DNA of 62,375 bases, filler included, from Caldilineae bacterium (GCA_037446815.1; 15 parts of 15 records of this genome joined end to end with filler, not necessarily neighbours in it), one strand, 5' to 3'; counted from the whole stretch's first letter, positions 39,955-50,442 are shown. A program made the numbers and translations. Notes: a model not told the origin generated them from the sequence alone.

Positions 39955-41034
39955 TCACCCCCTCGCATCGGCCAAAGCGGACTCCACGGCTGCCAGCGCC
40001 TCGCGGATGTCCGCCACGTGCACCCAGCCCATGTGGGCCAGGCGAATGGTGCGGTCTGGCTCGTGCCCCGCCGCCAGCACCACGTTGTACCGCTCGGCCA
40101 GCACGCGAATCAGAAGGTGGGCCGAGACCCCATCGGGAACCCACGCCGCGGTTACGCTGGGGGACGCGCACGCATCCGCCGCCACTGGCCGGAAACCTAG
40201 GCAAGCCAGCCCCTGGCGAGTTATGCGCGCCAGTTCGCGATGGCGGGCGAATGCCGCATCCAGCCCCTCGGCCATCAGCGCGCGCAGGCCCGCGTGCAGC
40301 CCGCGGATGACGCTGATGGCGGGCGTGAACGGGGTCTCGTTCCGTTCAGCCCAGCGGCGCGCCTCCCGCAAATCCCAGTAGAAGCGGGGCATCCGCGCCT
40401 CTGCCACAGCGGCCCATCCGCGCGGACTCACCGAGAGGAGCGCCAGCCCAGGCGGCCCCATCAGCGCCTTCTGCGACGCCGCTACCACCACGTCGCAGCC
40501 CCATGCATCCACCTGCATGGGCATCGCTCCGACCGAACTCACGCCGTCCACCAACACCAGGACATCGGGCGACACATCGCGGGCAGCGCGGACAAGGGTC
40601 GGAACATCGTTCACGACGCCGGTGGACGTCTCGTTGTGGGTCAGGAGCAGGGCTTTCGCGTCAGGCGCGGCCCGCAGCGCAGCCGCAACAGCCCGAGCGT
40701 CGGCCGCCTGCCCTGGGGGAAATTCTACCAGCGTAACTTGCGCGCCGAAGGCTCTCGCGATGGCCGCAAACCGCCGGCCGAATACCCCCACGCTCACGGC
40801 CACCACCCTGTCGCCCGGCGATAGCGTGTTGACCAGCGCCGCCTCCAGGCCCCCGGTGCCCGAAGCCGTGAGGAGAATCACGTCGCCGCTCGTGCCAAAC
40901 GCCGCCCTCAGCGGCGGCTGAATCTCCTCCATGAGGCGATGGAACTCGCCGCCGCGGTGGTTGATCATAGGCTCCGCCATGGCCTCGCGGACGGCCGGCG
41001 GCAAAGGCGTGGGGCCGGGTACTCGCAGGTTCAT
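39955..41034 (-). CDS. class V aminotransferase (serine-pyruvate / SerC-type)
   Basis: LRVPGPTP, INHRG, SGTGGLEA, HNETSTGV, VDGVSS, ASQKALMGPPG, TPFTPA; ATG 41034. Confidence 0.9.
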   Translation of the reverse strand: MNLRVPGPTPLPPAVREAMAEPMINHRGGEFHRLMEEIQPPLRAAFGTSGDVILLTASGTGGLEAALVNTLSPGDRVVAVSVGVFGRRFAAIARAFGAQVTLVEFPPGQAADARAVAAALRAAPDAKALLLTHNETSTGVVNDVPTLVRAARDVSPDVLVLVDGVSSVGAMPMQVDAWGCDVVVAASQKALMGPPGLALLSVSPRGWAAVAEARMPRFYWDLREARRWAERNETPFTPAISVIRGLHAGLRALMAEGLDAAFARHRELARITRQGLACLGFRPVAADACASPSVTAAWVPDGVSAHLLIRVLAERYNVVLAAGHEPDRTIRLAHMGWVHVADIREALAAVESALADARG

Positions 41035-41042
41035 ACGCCACC

Positions 41043-42410
41043 TCACGACTCGCGCGGCACTTGGGGAAGCACTTGGAGCGCCTCGCGCACCTTCTCCTCG
41101 GGATAGGCGTAGTCCTGGAGGCGGCCCGCCAGGTACTCGTCATAGGCGGCCATGTCAAAGTGCCCGTGCCCGCTCAGGTTGAACAAGATGGTGCGACGGA
41201 CCCCTTCCTCCCTGCACCGGATGGCCTCGTCCACCGCGGCGCGAATGGCGTGGGCCGACTCGGGCGCCGGCACGATGCCCTCGGTGCGGGCGAACTGAAC
41301 GGCCGCTTCAAAGACCGCCGTCTGCGGATAGGCCACCGGCTGGACGACCCCCGCCTGCACCAGCACCGACAACGCCGGCGCCACGCCGTGATACCGCAGT
41401 CCCCCCGCGTGGATGCCCACCGGCACAAACGTGTGGCCCAGGGTGAACATCTTGATCAGCGGCGTCAGGCCCACGCTGTCGCCGAAGTCGTAGGCGCACA
41501 CGCCCTTTGTCATGGACGGGCACGCCGTCGGCTCCACGGCCACGAATCGGGTGTTCAACCCTCGGGTCAGGCCCTCCCGGATGAAGGGGAACGCCAGGCC
41601 GGCGAAGTTGGACCCGCCGCCGACACACCCGATGACGATATCGGGATAATCGTCCGCGAGCGCCATCTGCGCCAGGGCCTCCTCGCCGATAATCGTCTGG
41701 TGCAGCAAGACGTGGTTGAGCACGCTCCCGAGGGCGTACTTCGTGTCGGGATGCTGCGCGGCCACCTCCACCGCCTCGCTGATGGCAATCCCCAGACTGC
41801 CGGGCGAATCGGGGTTCTGGGCCAGCACCTGCCGCCCCGCGTTGGTTTCGCTGCTGGGGCTGGGCGTAACTTCCGCGCCCCAGGTCTGCATGAGCGACCG
41901 ACGGTAGGGCTTCTGCTGGTAACTGACCTTGACCATGTAGACCTTGCATTCCAGCCCGAACAGGCGACAGGCAAGGGCCAGGGCGCTGCCCCACTGCCCT
42001 GCGCCGGTTTCCGTGGTGAGCCTGCGCACGCCTTCCGCTTTGTTGTAGTAGGCCTGGGCAACCGCAGTGTTGGGCTTATGACTTCCTGCCGGACTCACAG
42101 ACTCGTTCTTGAAGTAGATTCGGGCAGGCGTCTGCAGCGCACGCTCCAGGTTCCGCGCCCGCACCAGCGGCGTGGGCCGCCACAGTCGGTACACGCGGCG
42201 CACCTCGTCCGGTATCTCCACGTACCGGTCGGCGCTCACCTCCTGCGCGATGAGCGCCATGGGGAACAGCGGGGCCAGGTCGTCGGGGCCGATGGGCTTG
42301 CCGGTGGCCGGATGAAGCACGGGCGGCAGCGGCTGCGGAAGGTCGGGGAGGATGTTGTACCACGTGTTGGGCATGTCGCGCTCGCCGAGCATGATTTTGA
42401 CCTCTTCCAT
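41043..42410 (-). CDS. trpB2: TrpB2-type tryptophan synthase beta
   Basis: [67 protein letters not shown] 42410 after AGGAGG. Confidence 0.95.
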   Translation of the reverse strand: MEEVKIMLGERDMPNTWYNILPDLPQPLPPVLHPATGKPIGPDDLAPLFPMALIAQEVSADRYVEIPDEVRRVYRLWRPTPLVRARNLERALQTPARIYFKNESVSPAGSHKPNTAVAQAYYNKAEGVRRLTTETGAGQWGSALALACRLFGLECKVYMVKVSYQQKPYRRSLMQTWGAEVTPSPSSETNAGRQVLAQNPDSPGSLGIAISEAVEVAAQHPDTKYALGSVLNHVLLHQTIIGEEALAQMALADDYPDIVIGCVGGGSNFAGLAFPFIREGLTRGLNTRFVAVEPTACPSMTKGVCAYDFGDSVGLTPLIKMFTLGHTFVPVGIHAGGLRYHGVAPALSVLVQAGVVQPVAYPQTAVFEAAVQFARTEGIVPAPESAHAIRAAVDEAIRCREEGVRRTILFNLSGHGHFDMAAYDEYLAGRLQDYAYPEEKVREALQVLPQVPRES

Positions 42411-42459
42411 TGTGCACCTCCTGTGAAGTTTGGGATTGGGCCGGAGTTCCAACTGTCCG

Positions 42460-42769
42460 AGAAAAAGCAAAAGGCCCTCGCCGAGGGGCGAGAGCCTTTT
42501 CAACCCGTGGTGCCACCCTCGTTAGGCCGGAAAATGAAAAATCCGCCGTGATGGCGGATGATTCAAAAGCCAGCCTCACTCATGCGCAGGTACGGGAGAC
42601 GAACGTCGTCTCCGATACCCTCCGCTCAGGTAACGGTAGCGGTCTCCGTCCGCGTCTACTCGTCCGCGCCATGGGCGGACTTTCGGGCGGCGGCTCCCAG
42701 GTCCATTCGGTGTCTGCCAGGACATCGGCTTCGCACCACCCGCCGACTCTCTGCGTCCCGCTTGGACAC
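42460..42769 (-). promoter_or_regulatory. T-box riboswitch (Trp), 5' end cut by the contig break
   Basis: specifier GAA-TGG (42705-42703), AGTA and CCGTTA motifs, T-box AACGAGGGTGGCACCACGG (42523-42505), terminator plus T-run. Confidence 0.9.
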
Positions 42770-42869
42770 NNNNNNNNNNNNNNNNNNNNNNNNNNNNNNN
42801 NNNNNNNNNNNNNTTAATTAATTAANNNNNNNNNNNNNNNNNNNNNNNNNNNNNNNNNNNNNNNNNNNN

Positions 42870-42989
42870 TGCTGAGCCGAAGGCGGTACGCCCTCGCCCT
42901 TCGGGAGAGGGCTGGGGTGAGGGGTGAGATTCTTCGCGGCTTCGCCGCTCAGAATGACGGTAGATGCCAACAGACTTTGGAACCGACTC
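42870..42989. mobile_element. MITE terminus with REP-like cargo, partial
   Basis: CCAACAGACTTTGGAACCGACTC at 42967-42989. Confidence 0.7.
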
Positions 42990-43047
42990 CTGGATTGCTG
43001 AAGTCCTACTATCTTTGCGGATTGTACTTTCACGTGGGCAAGAACAC

Positions 43048-43126
43048 ACCGCAGAGAACACACCGCCGAAACCCAGAGGGCGCAGAGTTTAGACTGTTCT
43101 CTGCGTTCTCTGGGTCTCCACGGTGA
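43048..43126. repeat. CACCGCAGAG...CTCTGCG..CGGTG imperfect hairpin repeat
   Basis: related intergenic hairpins at ~18144-18207, 24048-24105, 38688-38735. Confidence 0.55.
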
Positions 43127-43297
43127 GTTTGGGCCATTGTCTTGCCGTCCACGCGCCAGGGGGAGACGCCCCCAAAGCAGGGGGCAGAAAAAAGTCTGCG
43201 GTCGGGGCGCGAACCCGACCGCAGACGTGTCTCTGGGCATCACGGTCTAGCGCTAGAGTAGAGAGGGAAGGGTCTGATAGGCTCCAGGGTAGTGCCT

Positions 43298-44017
43298 TTA
43301 GGCCGCGCCTTTGCCCGAGAGGACGGCAGGTATCGTCTGGAGCAGGATGCGCAGGTCCATCCCCAAGGAGCGGTCCTCCGCATACTCGATGTCCCACCTC
43401 ACCATCTCATCGAAGGTTACACTGCTCCGACCCTTGACCTGCCATAACCCCGTGATGCCCGGGGTGACCAACAACCTCCTCTTGTGCCACTCTTTATATT
43501 GTTCAACTTCATAGGGGATGGCGGGCCTGGGACCGACCAGGCTCATGTCCCCTTTGATCACATTGATCAACTGCGGCAGTTCGTCCAGGCTGGTCTTGCG
43601 GATGAACCGGCCCACTCGCGTTACCCGGCGGTCCGAAGCCAGTTTGTACACGGCCCTGCCGTTCGCGTCCTTGTGCAGCGTGCCGTTGCCGTTGATGAAG
43701 TCGGCCATGAATTTCTGGTGCACGCTGCTGTCCGCTTGGTGGTACATGGAGCGGAACTTGTAAAATGTGAACAGGATGGGCTTGCCATCGGGGCCGAGGC
43801 CCTTCACGCGCTGCTGCTTGAAAAGCACAGGCCCGGGCGAATCCAATTTGATGGCCAATCCCACCACCAGCATCAGCGGCGCTGCCAGGATCAGGGCGAT
43901 GCTGGCGATGACAACGTCCAGTATGCGCTTCGTTACCAGATACAGACGGTGGCTCAGGCTCTCCTGTACCCGCAGCAAATACACAGATTGGCTACTACGA
44001 GTGAACTCCATTGCCAT
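43298..44017 (-). CDS. priming sugar transferase (Bac_transf, WcaJ/PglC-like)
   Basis: KRILDV, DSPGPVLFKQQR, YKFRSM, RKTSLDELPQL, MSLVGPRP, PGITGLWQV. Confidence 0.93.
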   Translation of the reverse strand: MAMEFTRSSQSVYLLRVQESLSHRLYLVTKRILDVVIASIALILAAPLMLVVGLAIKLDSPGPVLFKQQRVKGLGPDGKPILFTFYKFRSMYHQADSSVHQKFMADFINGNGTLHKDANGRAVYKLASDRRVTRVGRFIRKTSLDELPQLINVIKGDMSLVGPRPAIPYEVEQYKEWHKRRLLVTPGITGLWQVKGRSSVTFDEMVRWDIEYAEDRSLGMDLRILLQTIPAVLSGKGAA

Positions 44018-44165
44018 GTGCTGCCCGCTCCTCACCTTCTTCCACGCAAAGTATAGCATCCAAAGATGAAATCTTGATGACAATCGGTCTGTCTCCAGAT
44101 GACAATTCGTTCATCTGGGCGTCTGGGGTAAGGGCGGATGCAAGTGGGGTGCCAACCGGGGCGAA

Positions 44166-45404
44166 TCAGAATCCGTAGGCCCGCTCCAGCAAGGGCACGA
44201 TGCGGCTCCAGTCGTAGCGCGACACGGCGAACTCGCGGGCGAGGGCGCCGAGTTGCTCGCGACGGGCCGGGTCGCGCAGGAGCGCCACGGTCTCATCGGC
44301 GAACCGCGCCGCGTCGTCGGCCACGACGATTTCGCGGCCGGGCGTCAGGCCGTACCCCTCGCATCCCAGCGAGGTGGACACGACGGCCTTGCCCATGGTC
44401 ATGGCCTCCAGCACCTTGAGCCGCGTGCCGCCGCCCATGCGCATGGGCACTACGTACACGTCGGCGGCGGCGATGTAGGGGCGCACGTCGGGGACGAATC
44501 CCGTAACGGTGATGCCGGGCCTGCTTCCCAGGGCCTGCACCGCCGGCGCGGGGCGCTGCCCCACGATGTACAGGTGCGCATCGGGCACGTGCGCCCGAAC
44601 GCGGGGGAGAATGGCGTCGACGAACCAGCAGACGGCGTCCACGTTGGGGCGGAAGTCCATCTTGCCCGTGAACACCAGTTTCGGGCCTGGGGTATCAGCG
44701 GTGGGGCCTTGTCCTTCCGCCGCGTAGTTCACGTAGGAACTCGCGTCTATGCCGTTGGGCACCACGCAGACGTTGGCGCCGGGCGCAAGGCGCGCCAGGG
44801 CGTCGCGATCCCACTCGGAGACGGCCACGACGCAGTCGGCCAGGCGACACACCTGCCGCTCGTACCGCGCCAGCCGCCGCCACTGGACGAACGAGTACGC
44901 CGCCGCCACCCATCGGCGGGGATGGCCAAGGTCCGTCTCAAACGCCCGCCTCTGCAGCAGGTACTCGGCGTTCAGGTCGTCAAAGAGGATGCGGGGCCGA
45001 CGCGGCAGGTTCGCCCGCAAGGCGGCCAAGGCATAGGGAGCCATCTCTATGCTTTCCACGTGCAGGACGCTGTACTCGCCCTGCGCGAGGGCGCGGAGCA
45101 CCGCCCCGGCGAAGGCGGGCGAGTAGGCGCGGAGCGCCATATCGGGCAGGCGCGTGGTGAGGAGCGCGCGCAGCCGCTGGGCGCGGGTGCGGGTCGGCGC
45201 GGGCAGGACGACCACGGTTTCGCAGACCTGGCGCAGAGCCGTCGCGTGTTGGGCCGCATCGGGGCTGGATGACAGCGAGTACAAATCCACCCGACACCGG
45301 TCGCGCAGGCCCGCCAGGAGATTGTAGGCGCGGATGGCCATGCCCTGGTGCGGCGGGTAGGGCAGTTCCGATGTGAGAAACAGGACGCGGGGGCGTTCGC
45401 TCAC
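44166..45404 (-). CDS. GT4 family glycosyltransferase
   Basis: LPYPPHQG, VPNGID, FTGKMDFRPN, GGGTRLKVLEAM; GTG 45404 overlapping the upstream stop. Confidence 0.9.
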   Translation of the reverse strand: MSERPRVLFLTSELPYPPHQGMAIRAYNLLAGLRDRCRVDLYSLSSSPDAAQHATALRQVCETVVVLPAPTRTRAQRLRALLTTRLPDMALRAYSPAFAGAVLRALAQGEYSVLHVESIEMAPYALAALRANLPRRPRILFDDLNAEYLLQRRAFETDLGHPRRWVAAAYSFVQWRRLARYERQVCRLADCVVAVSEWDRDALARLAPGANVCVVPNGIDASSYVNYAAEGQGPTADTPGPKLVFTGKMDFRPNVDAVCWFVDAILPRVRAHVPDAHLYIVGQRPAPAVQALGSRPGITVTGFVPDVRPYIAAADVYVVPMRMGGGTRLKVLEAMTMGKAVVSTSLGCEGYGLTPGREIVVADDAARFADETVALLRDPARREQLGALAREFAVSRYDWSRIVPLLERAYGF

Positions 45405-46513
45405 GTCTGGCTCATCACCTCGTGATAGACTTCCAGCGTCTCGCGCGCCGCCTTTTCCCACGAGAAGCAGGCCGCGCGCGCCAGGCCCTTGGCCCGCATC
45501 TCTTCGCGCAGACGAGCGTCGCTGAGCACCCGCCACATGGCCACGGCAATGGCTTCGGCATCGCGCGGCGGCACCAGGATGCCCGCATCACCCACCACCT
45601 CGGGCAGGGACGACACGTTGGACACGATGACCGGCGTCCCGCAGGCCATGGCCTCCAGTGCCGGCAGGCCGAATCCCTCGTAGAACGACGGCATGACCAG
45701 CATGCGCGCAGCGTTGTAGAGATACAGGAGGTCTTCCGGCGGGACCTGCTGCAGGAACACGACGTCCTTCTCCAAGCGCAGGCGCTCCACCGCCTTCAGC
45801 GAGTCATCCACCAGCCAACCCAACTTGCCCACGACCACCAACTTGGCCGTGCTCGCGTAGCGGTCCAGGAGCAACCGAAACGCCTCAAACAGGGTCGGCA
45901 GGTTCTTGCGAGGCTCTATGGTGCTGACAAAGAGGATGAATTCCTCCGAGATGCCATAGCGCTGGCGGACCGCTTCCATGGCCTGCTGGTCGTCAACGGG
46001 ACGGAACAGCGGGTTGGCGGCCTCGTAGATGACCGAGATTTTGGACTCGGACACGCCCAGCAATCGCTGCAAGTCCTCGGATGTGCTCTGCGACACGGCG
46101 ATAATGTGATCGGTGTTGCGCACGGCCACGTCAATCTGGCCGTAGTAGTTGGCGCTTTCACGGGTCATGAACTGGGGAAACAGGAGAAACGCCAGGTCGT
46201 GCACGGTGATGACCGACAGGCAGTTGCGGCGAAACGGCGGGATGAAATCCGGGCTGTGGAGAAGGTCCAGCCGCAACCCGCGTATCTCCAGCGGAAGCGT
46301 CAACTGCTCCAGGCGGTGGTGGCTCGGCGTCCAGGTGGGGTGGCGGCGGAAGTTCGGGCGCCGAACGAACGATGCCTTGTTCCGGCGATCCTGAAGGATG
46401 ACATATTCGTTGTTGGTGTCCAGGTTGGCGAGTTGCGAGACCAGATGGATGATGTATTGCGCGATGCCCGCTTGGGTGTAGTGCACCAGGCGCGCGTCAA
46501 TCCCAATTCGCAT
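45401..46513 (-). CDS. GT4 family glycosyltransferase
   Basis: MRIGIDAR, TVHDL, IEPRKN, PSFYEGFGLPALEAMACG. Confidence 0.93.
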   Translation of the reverse strand: MRIGIDARLVHYTQAGIAQYIIHLVSQLANLDTNNEYVILQDRRNKASFVRRPNFRRHPTWTPSHHRLEQLTLPLEIRGLRLDLLHSPDFIPPFRRNCLSVITVHDLAFLLFPQFMTRESANYYGQIDVAVRNTDHIIAVSQSTSEDLQRLLGVSESKISVIYEAANPLFRPVDDQQAMEAVRQRYGISEEFILFVSTIEPRKNLPTLFEAFRLLLDRYASTAKLVVVGKLGWLVDDSLKAVERLRLEKDVVFLQQVPPEDLLYLYNAARMLVMPSFYEGFGLPALEAMACGTPVIVSNVSSLPEVVGDAGILVPPRDAEAIAVAMWRVLSDARLREEMRAKGLARAACFSWEKAARETLEVYHEVMSQT

Positions 46514-46636
46514 GAGCGATTCTCTCCCTGACGGTGGATGTTTCGGCGACTCACCCTTCCGCTCAGGACGGAAGGCCAGGGATCAAATCGGGCAACGTCG
46601 GCCGTCTGACCCTCTCGTGGCGTCTTCGCGCAGGGT

Positions 46637-46665
46637 ATGATACCAGCATGGGGTGTTTCCGTCAA
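46637..46665 (-). promoter_or_regulatory. sigma70-type promoter of the glycosyltransferase operon
   Basis: minus strand TTGACG-17 bp-TATCAT. Confidence 0.6.
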
Positions 46666-46833
46666 ACGCGGCGGGGGCACGTGGAGGCCGCGCCGAGAAC
46701 GTGCGTCGCACGGTGTCCCCTCCTGTCATGCTGNNNNNNNNNNNNNNNNNNNNNNNNNNNNNNNNNNNNNNNNNNNNTTAATTAATTAANNNNNNNNNNN
46801 NNNNNNNNNNNNNNNNNNNNNNNNNNNNNNNNN

Positions 46834-47357
46834 ATTGGCTGCACGTCGTGGGCGAGGTGTTCAACAACACGACCGACGACCTCTGGCTGGTGGATGTCCC
46901 TATCGCATTCTACGACGGCAGCGGGCGGCTCATCACCACAGACATGGGATGGGTGTTGCTGGATGACTTGCCTGCGGGGGAGACGGCCTGCTTCCACGTC
47001 CTTCTTCCAAACCCGGCGGGGTGGGTGTACTACGAGTTCGGTCAGCCCAGCGGCCTGCCAGACGGGGAGAAGTGGCCGAACCTGGCGTTTCTGTCACACA
47101 CCGGATCTGTGGACGCCTCTGGCTGGTACCACATCAGGGGGCAGGTGCGCAACGACCACGGCTCCACCGTAGAGTGGGTGCAGGTGGCGGGGACGCTGTA
47201 CGACGCTCAGGGGATCGTGGTGGGGTGCGAGTCGGCCTTCACAGACCCGCAGGACCTCAACCCATCGCAGGTCGGCGCTTTTGACGTCCCGTTTTTTGGG
47301 CGCGACTACTCGGACGTCGCGTCGTACAAACTCCAGGCGGATGGCGAGCCCCAGTAG
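46834..47357 (+). CDS. FxLYD-domain protein, 3' fragment with two repeats
   Basis: VVGEVFNNT...AFYDGSG and IRGQVRND...GTLYDAQG. Confidence 0.75.
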
Positions 47358-47462
47358 GCGCGCCCGCCATTCGCCACAAGTTCGGCATGCGCTCCGAGCC
47401 ACGTCCGGCCCTCCGGGCGTGGCTTTTTCGCGGGAAGTGCGTTATTCTGTGGTGTCTGGCGT

Positions 47463-47491
47463 TTGACAGACTGCTGTCTGTAGGCTAAACT
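47463..47491 (+). promoter_or_regulatory. sigma70-type promoter with overlapping inverted repeat
   Basis: TTGACA-17 bp-TAAACT; ACAGAC-TGCT-GTCTGT at 47466-47481. Confidence 0.65.
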
Positions 47492-47503
47492 GACCGCGGG
47501 AGG

Positions 47504-49816
47504 ATGCGGATTCCCATGAACAACTTGGCCCCTATCCATCGGCGCCGATGGGTGAAGGTCGGCGCTTTTGTTTGCACCTGGCTTGCACTGGCCATCGTTG
47601 CCGCAGCCACTGTCTTCGCCGCCGTGGAGAGACTTCCCATCTCCCGCGTTGCCGAGCAGGGCGAGACGGGCATTGTGGGCACGGTCGTGCGCCTTGCGCC
47701 CCACTGGAACGCCGAGCACACCCTCATCGTAACGACGGTTACGGTGCGCGTGGAGCACGTTCTGAAGGGCGACGCAGGGCAAATTGGCAATTTGCCCTAC
47801 GAGTACTCGTTTGACATCCCGGGCGGCGAGGTGGACGGCCTGGCGCTGGGCGTCTCCGACGTGGCCTCGTTTGCCGAGGGCGATCGCGTCATCCTGTTCC
47901 TCGCCGACACCGACCTGCGCACCGTGGGCGGGTTCCAGGGGCGCTTCTGGCTGGACGGCGGGCGCGTGTGTCGCGAGGACCTCGCGCCCATGCCCCTGCG
48001 CGACTTCCTGGCCGAGATCGCCAACGCGCCGGGCGTCCGCATCCCCGACGCGTTGTGGGCCGAGGCCGAGGCCGCGCCTGCTGCCATCGGCCCGGCGGCC
48101 GCCGCGCCGCTCATCACGAGCCTGTCGCCCTCGTCCGGCCCGGCGCACCAGGATTATCTGCGCTCCTCGGGCAGCGGCTGCGCGGTAACGTCCACCCTCG
48201 TTACCATCAGCGGCTCCAACTTCGGCGCCACGCAGGGGACGGGCCGGGTGGAGTTCCTGCAGGCGGGGACGAACCGCGTGCAGGGGTGCGTCCTGTCCTG
48301 GTCCGACTCGCAGATTCGGGTGCGGGTACCGGGCGGCGCGTCGTCGGGGCCGGTTCGGGTGGTAACCTCGGGCGGCGTGAGCAACAGCGTCAACTTCACC
48401 GTAACCTACTCCTACGCGGGCGGCAAGTGGGAGAAGGGTTCCTACCCCCAGCCCATGCCGTCGTCCTACTACATCAACCCGAACACGGCGGACACAGCGG
48501 ACGAGATGAGCGCGGTCCTGGCGGCCATGAGCACATGGAACAACGTGGCCGAGGCGGATTTCTTCTTCCGCAACGGGGGGACGACCACGAAGGCAGACAG
48601 GGCAAGTGATGGCGAGAATGTCATCTCGTGGGTGAATCGGGATACGGGCTCCATCGCAACGAACTACTACTGGTGGTACACCTCGGACCCCAGCCATATC
48701 ATAGAGTCCGACATCGTGTTCAACGATGTGAACTACGACTGGAGCACAGACGGCAGCGCGGGGACCATGGACGTGCAGAACATCGCCACCCACGAGTTGG
48801 GCCACTCGCTGGTGCTGCTGGACCTATACGGCTCTGCCGATACGCACAAGACCCTGTACGGATACGCCAGCCTCGGCGAGACCAAGAAGCGCTCGCTGGA
48901 AGCCGAGGACCGGGCGGCCATCGCCTACGTGTACCCCGCGGCCGTTACGCCAACGCCGACCCTGACACCCACCCCAACGCCCACGCGCACCCCGACGGCC
49001 ACTCGGACGCCGACCCGCACGGCCACTCGGACGCCGACGCGCACGCCCACGCGGACGGTTACCCGAACTCCGACGCCGACGGCGACCCAGACCTACACGC
49101 CGCGACCTACCAACACGCCCGGCCCGTCGCCCACGTGGGTGCCTGGGGCGCAGGCGCGGCTGTGGTTGCCGGTCATCTTCCAGCAGTGGGCCGCGCCCGA
49201 GCCGCCCACGCCGACCCCAACGGCTAGCGCGACGCGGACGCCAACCCGCACGCCCACGCAGACGGCCACGCCCACCGCTACCCAGACCCCGACGCCGTCG
49301 CTGGTGGAATTGTCGCGGGATAACGGCGCGGCGCACTACTACAATGCGGGCTACAAGGCCGGGGACGCGGTGGGCATCGTGCTGGAAGCGCCGGCAGGGT
49401 TGTACCCGATTCGCCCCGCGTCCATGCGGGTGCTGTTGTTGCCCGTCGGCGGCAGCAGCAGCGTGGTGGTGCGGCCGCAAATCTACGCCATGAGCGGCGG
49501 GGCGCCAGGGGTGCTCCTCGCCGAGGGCGCCCCGCAGACGGTGAGCACGTTCTACCCGAACTGGGCCGAGGTAGACCTGTCGGGGATGGGCCTTGTGCTG
49601 CTCACGCCGCAGCCGGTGCTGGTGGTCGTCCGGTACGAAAGCGGCACGGTCGGAACGACGGCCTCTGTGCTCACGGACTACTCGTCGCTTATCCCCATGG
49701 GGGCGAACTTCTACGATCGGGGATTGGGCTGGGAGGAGCATTATTCGTTCTGGGAAGACGCCTGGGATGTGGGGTACAACATGATTCGCCTGGTGGTGCA
49801 GACGAACCTGTGGTAG
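47504..49816 (+). CDS. secreted zinc metallopeptidase-like protein (pro-region, IPT/TIG, matrixin-like, TP linkers, C-terminal beta domain)
   Basis: signal/TM; VTISGSNFG...SWSDSQIRVRVP; ESDIVFN...DVQNIATHELGHSL. Confidence 0.8.
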   Translation: MRIPMNNLAPIHRRRWVKVGAFVCTWLALAIVAAATVFAAVERLPISRVAEQGETGIVGTVVRLAPHWNAEHTLIVTTVTVRVEHVLKGDAGQIGNLPYEYSFDIPGGEVDGLALGVSDVASFAEGDRVILFLADTDLRTVGGFQGRFWLDGGRVCREDLAPMPLRDFLAEIANAPGVRIPDALWAEAEAAPAAIGPAAAAPLITSLSPSSGPAHQDYLRSSGSGCAVTSTLVTISGSNFGATQGTGRVEFLQAGTNRVQGCVLSWSDSQIRVRVPGGASSGPVRVVTSGGVSNSVNFTVTYSYAGGKWEKGSYPQPMPSSYYINPNTADTADEMSAVLAAMSTWNNVAEADFFFRNGGTTTKADRASDGENVISWVNRDTGSIATNYYWWYTSDPSHIIESDIVFNDVNYDWSTDGSAGTMDVQNIATHELGHSLVLLDLYGSADTHKTLYGYASLGETKKRSLEAEDRAAIAYVYPAAVTPTPTLTPTPTPTRTPTATRTPTRTATRTPTRTPTRTVTRTPTPTATQTYTPRPTNTPGPSPTWVPGAQARLWLPVIFQQWAAPEPPTPTPTASATRTPTRTPTQTATPTATQTPTPSLVELSRDNGAAHYYNAGYKAGDAVGIVLEAPAGLYPIRPASMRVLLLPVGGSSSVVVRPQIYAMSGGAPGVLLAEGAPQTVSTFYPNWAEVDLSGMGLVLLTPQPVLVVVRYESGTVGTTASVLTDYSSLIPMGANFYDRGLGWEEHYSFWEDAWDVGYNMIRLVVQTNLW

Positions 49817-49899
49817 AGGCAAGATGCGACGCACCTCGCGGGCGCGTCGCATCTTGTGGGGCGGGGCTTCCCTCCCGCCGGGCGAGCGGGCGCCTTAAT

Positions 49900-50442
49900 C
49901 TACCGCGGCGTGGCCATGGGGCGAAACGCCGATGTGTACGTTACGCCGAGGTAGGGCCGATTGGGATCGTCGGGGTGCTGACCCAGCGTAACCCGCACCG
50001 TGTTCTCCTTCCCGTCGCGGCGGTAGGTGATGCGAACCTCGTCGCCGGGCTTGTAGGTGCGGATGATGTCGGCCAGGTCTGTCGCCAGGGTGATGCGCTC
50101 ATCATCCACGGCGACGATGACATCGCCGACGCGCAGGCCGGCTTTGTCGGCGGGGCTGTCGGGCGTTATCGCCGTCAGGAGCGCGCCGAAGCCTGGGATC
50201 TCCACCCTAGGCGGAATGAAGGGCGTGGCTTCCGGCGTCGGCAAGGGCGACGGCTGGAGCGTCTGCGGCTGCGACCACTCGCGCCAGGCGCTCAACTCGT
50301 CCTTCGCCACGCTGCGCGCCTGCTCGCGCCCGATGAAGTATCCGGCCACGCCACCCGCCACGGCGCCAAGGATTACGCTGAGCAGAAGCCCCGCGACTAC
50401 AATGATCCCAACGATCACGTAGATACGGGTTCTGTCGCTCAT
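49900..50442 (-). CDS. membrane-anchored PDZ domain protein
   Basis: N-terminal TM; DSPADKAGLRVGDVIVAVD...YKPGDEV; ATG 50442. Confidence 0.85.
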   Translation of the reverse strand: MSDRTRIYVIVGIIVVAGLLLSVILGAVAGGVAGYFIGREQARSVAKDELSAWREWSQPQTLQPSPLPTPEATPFIPPRVEIPGFGALLTAITPDSPADKAGLRVGDVIVAVDDERITLATDLADIIRTYKPGDEVRITYRRDGKENTVRVTLGQHPDDPNRPYLGVTYTSAFRPMATPR

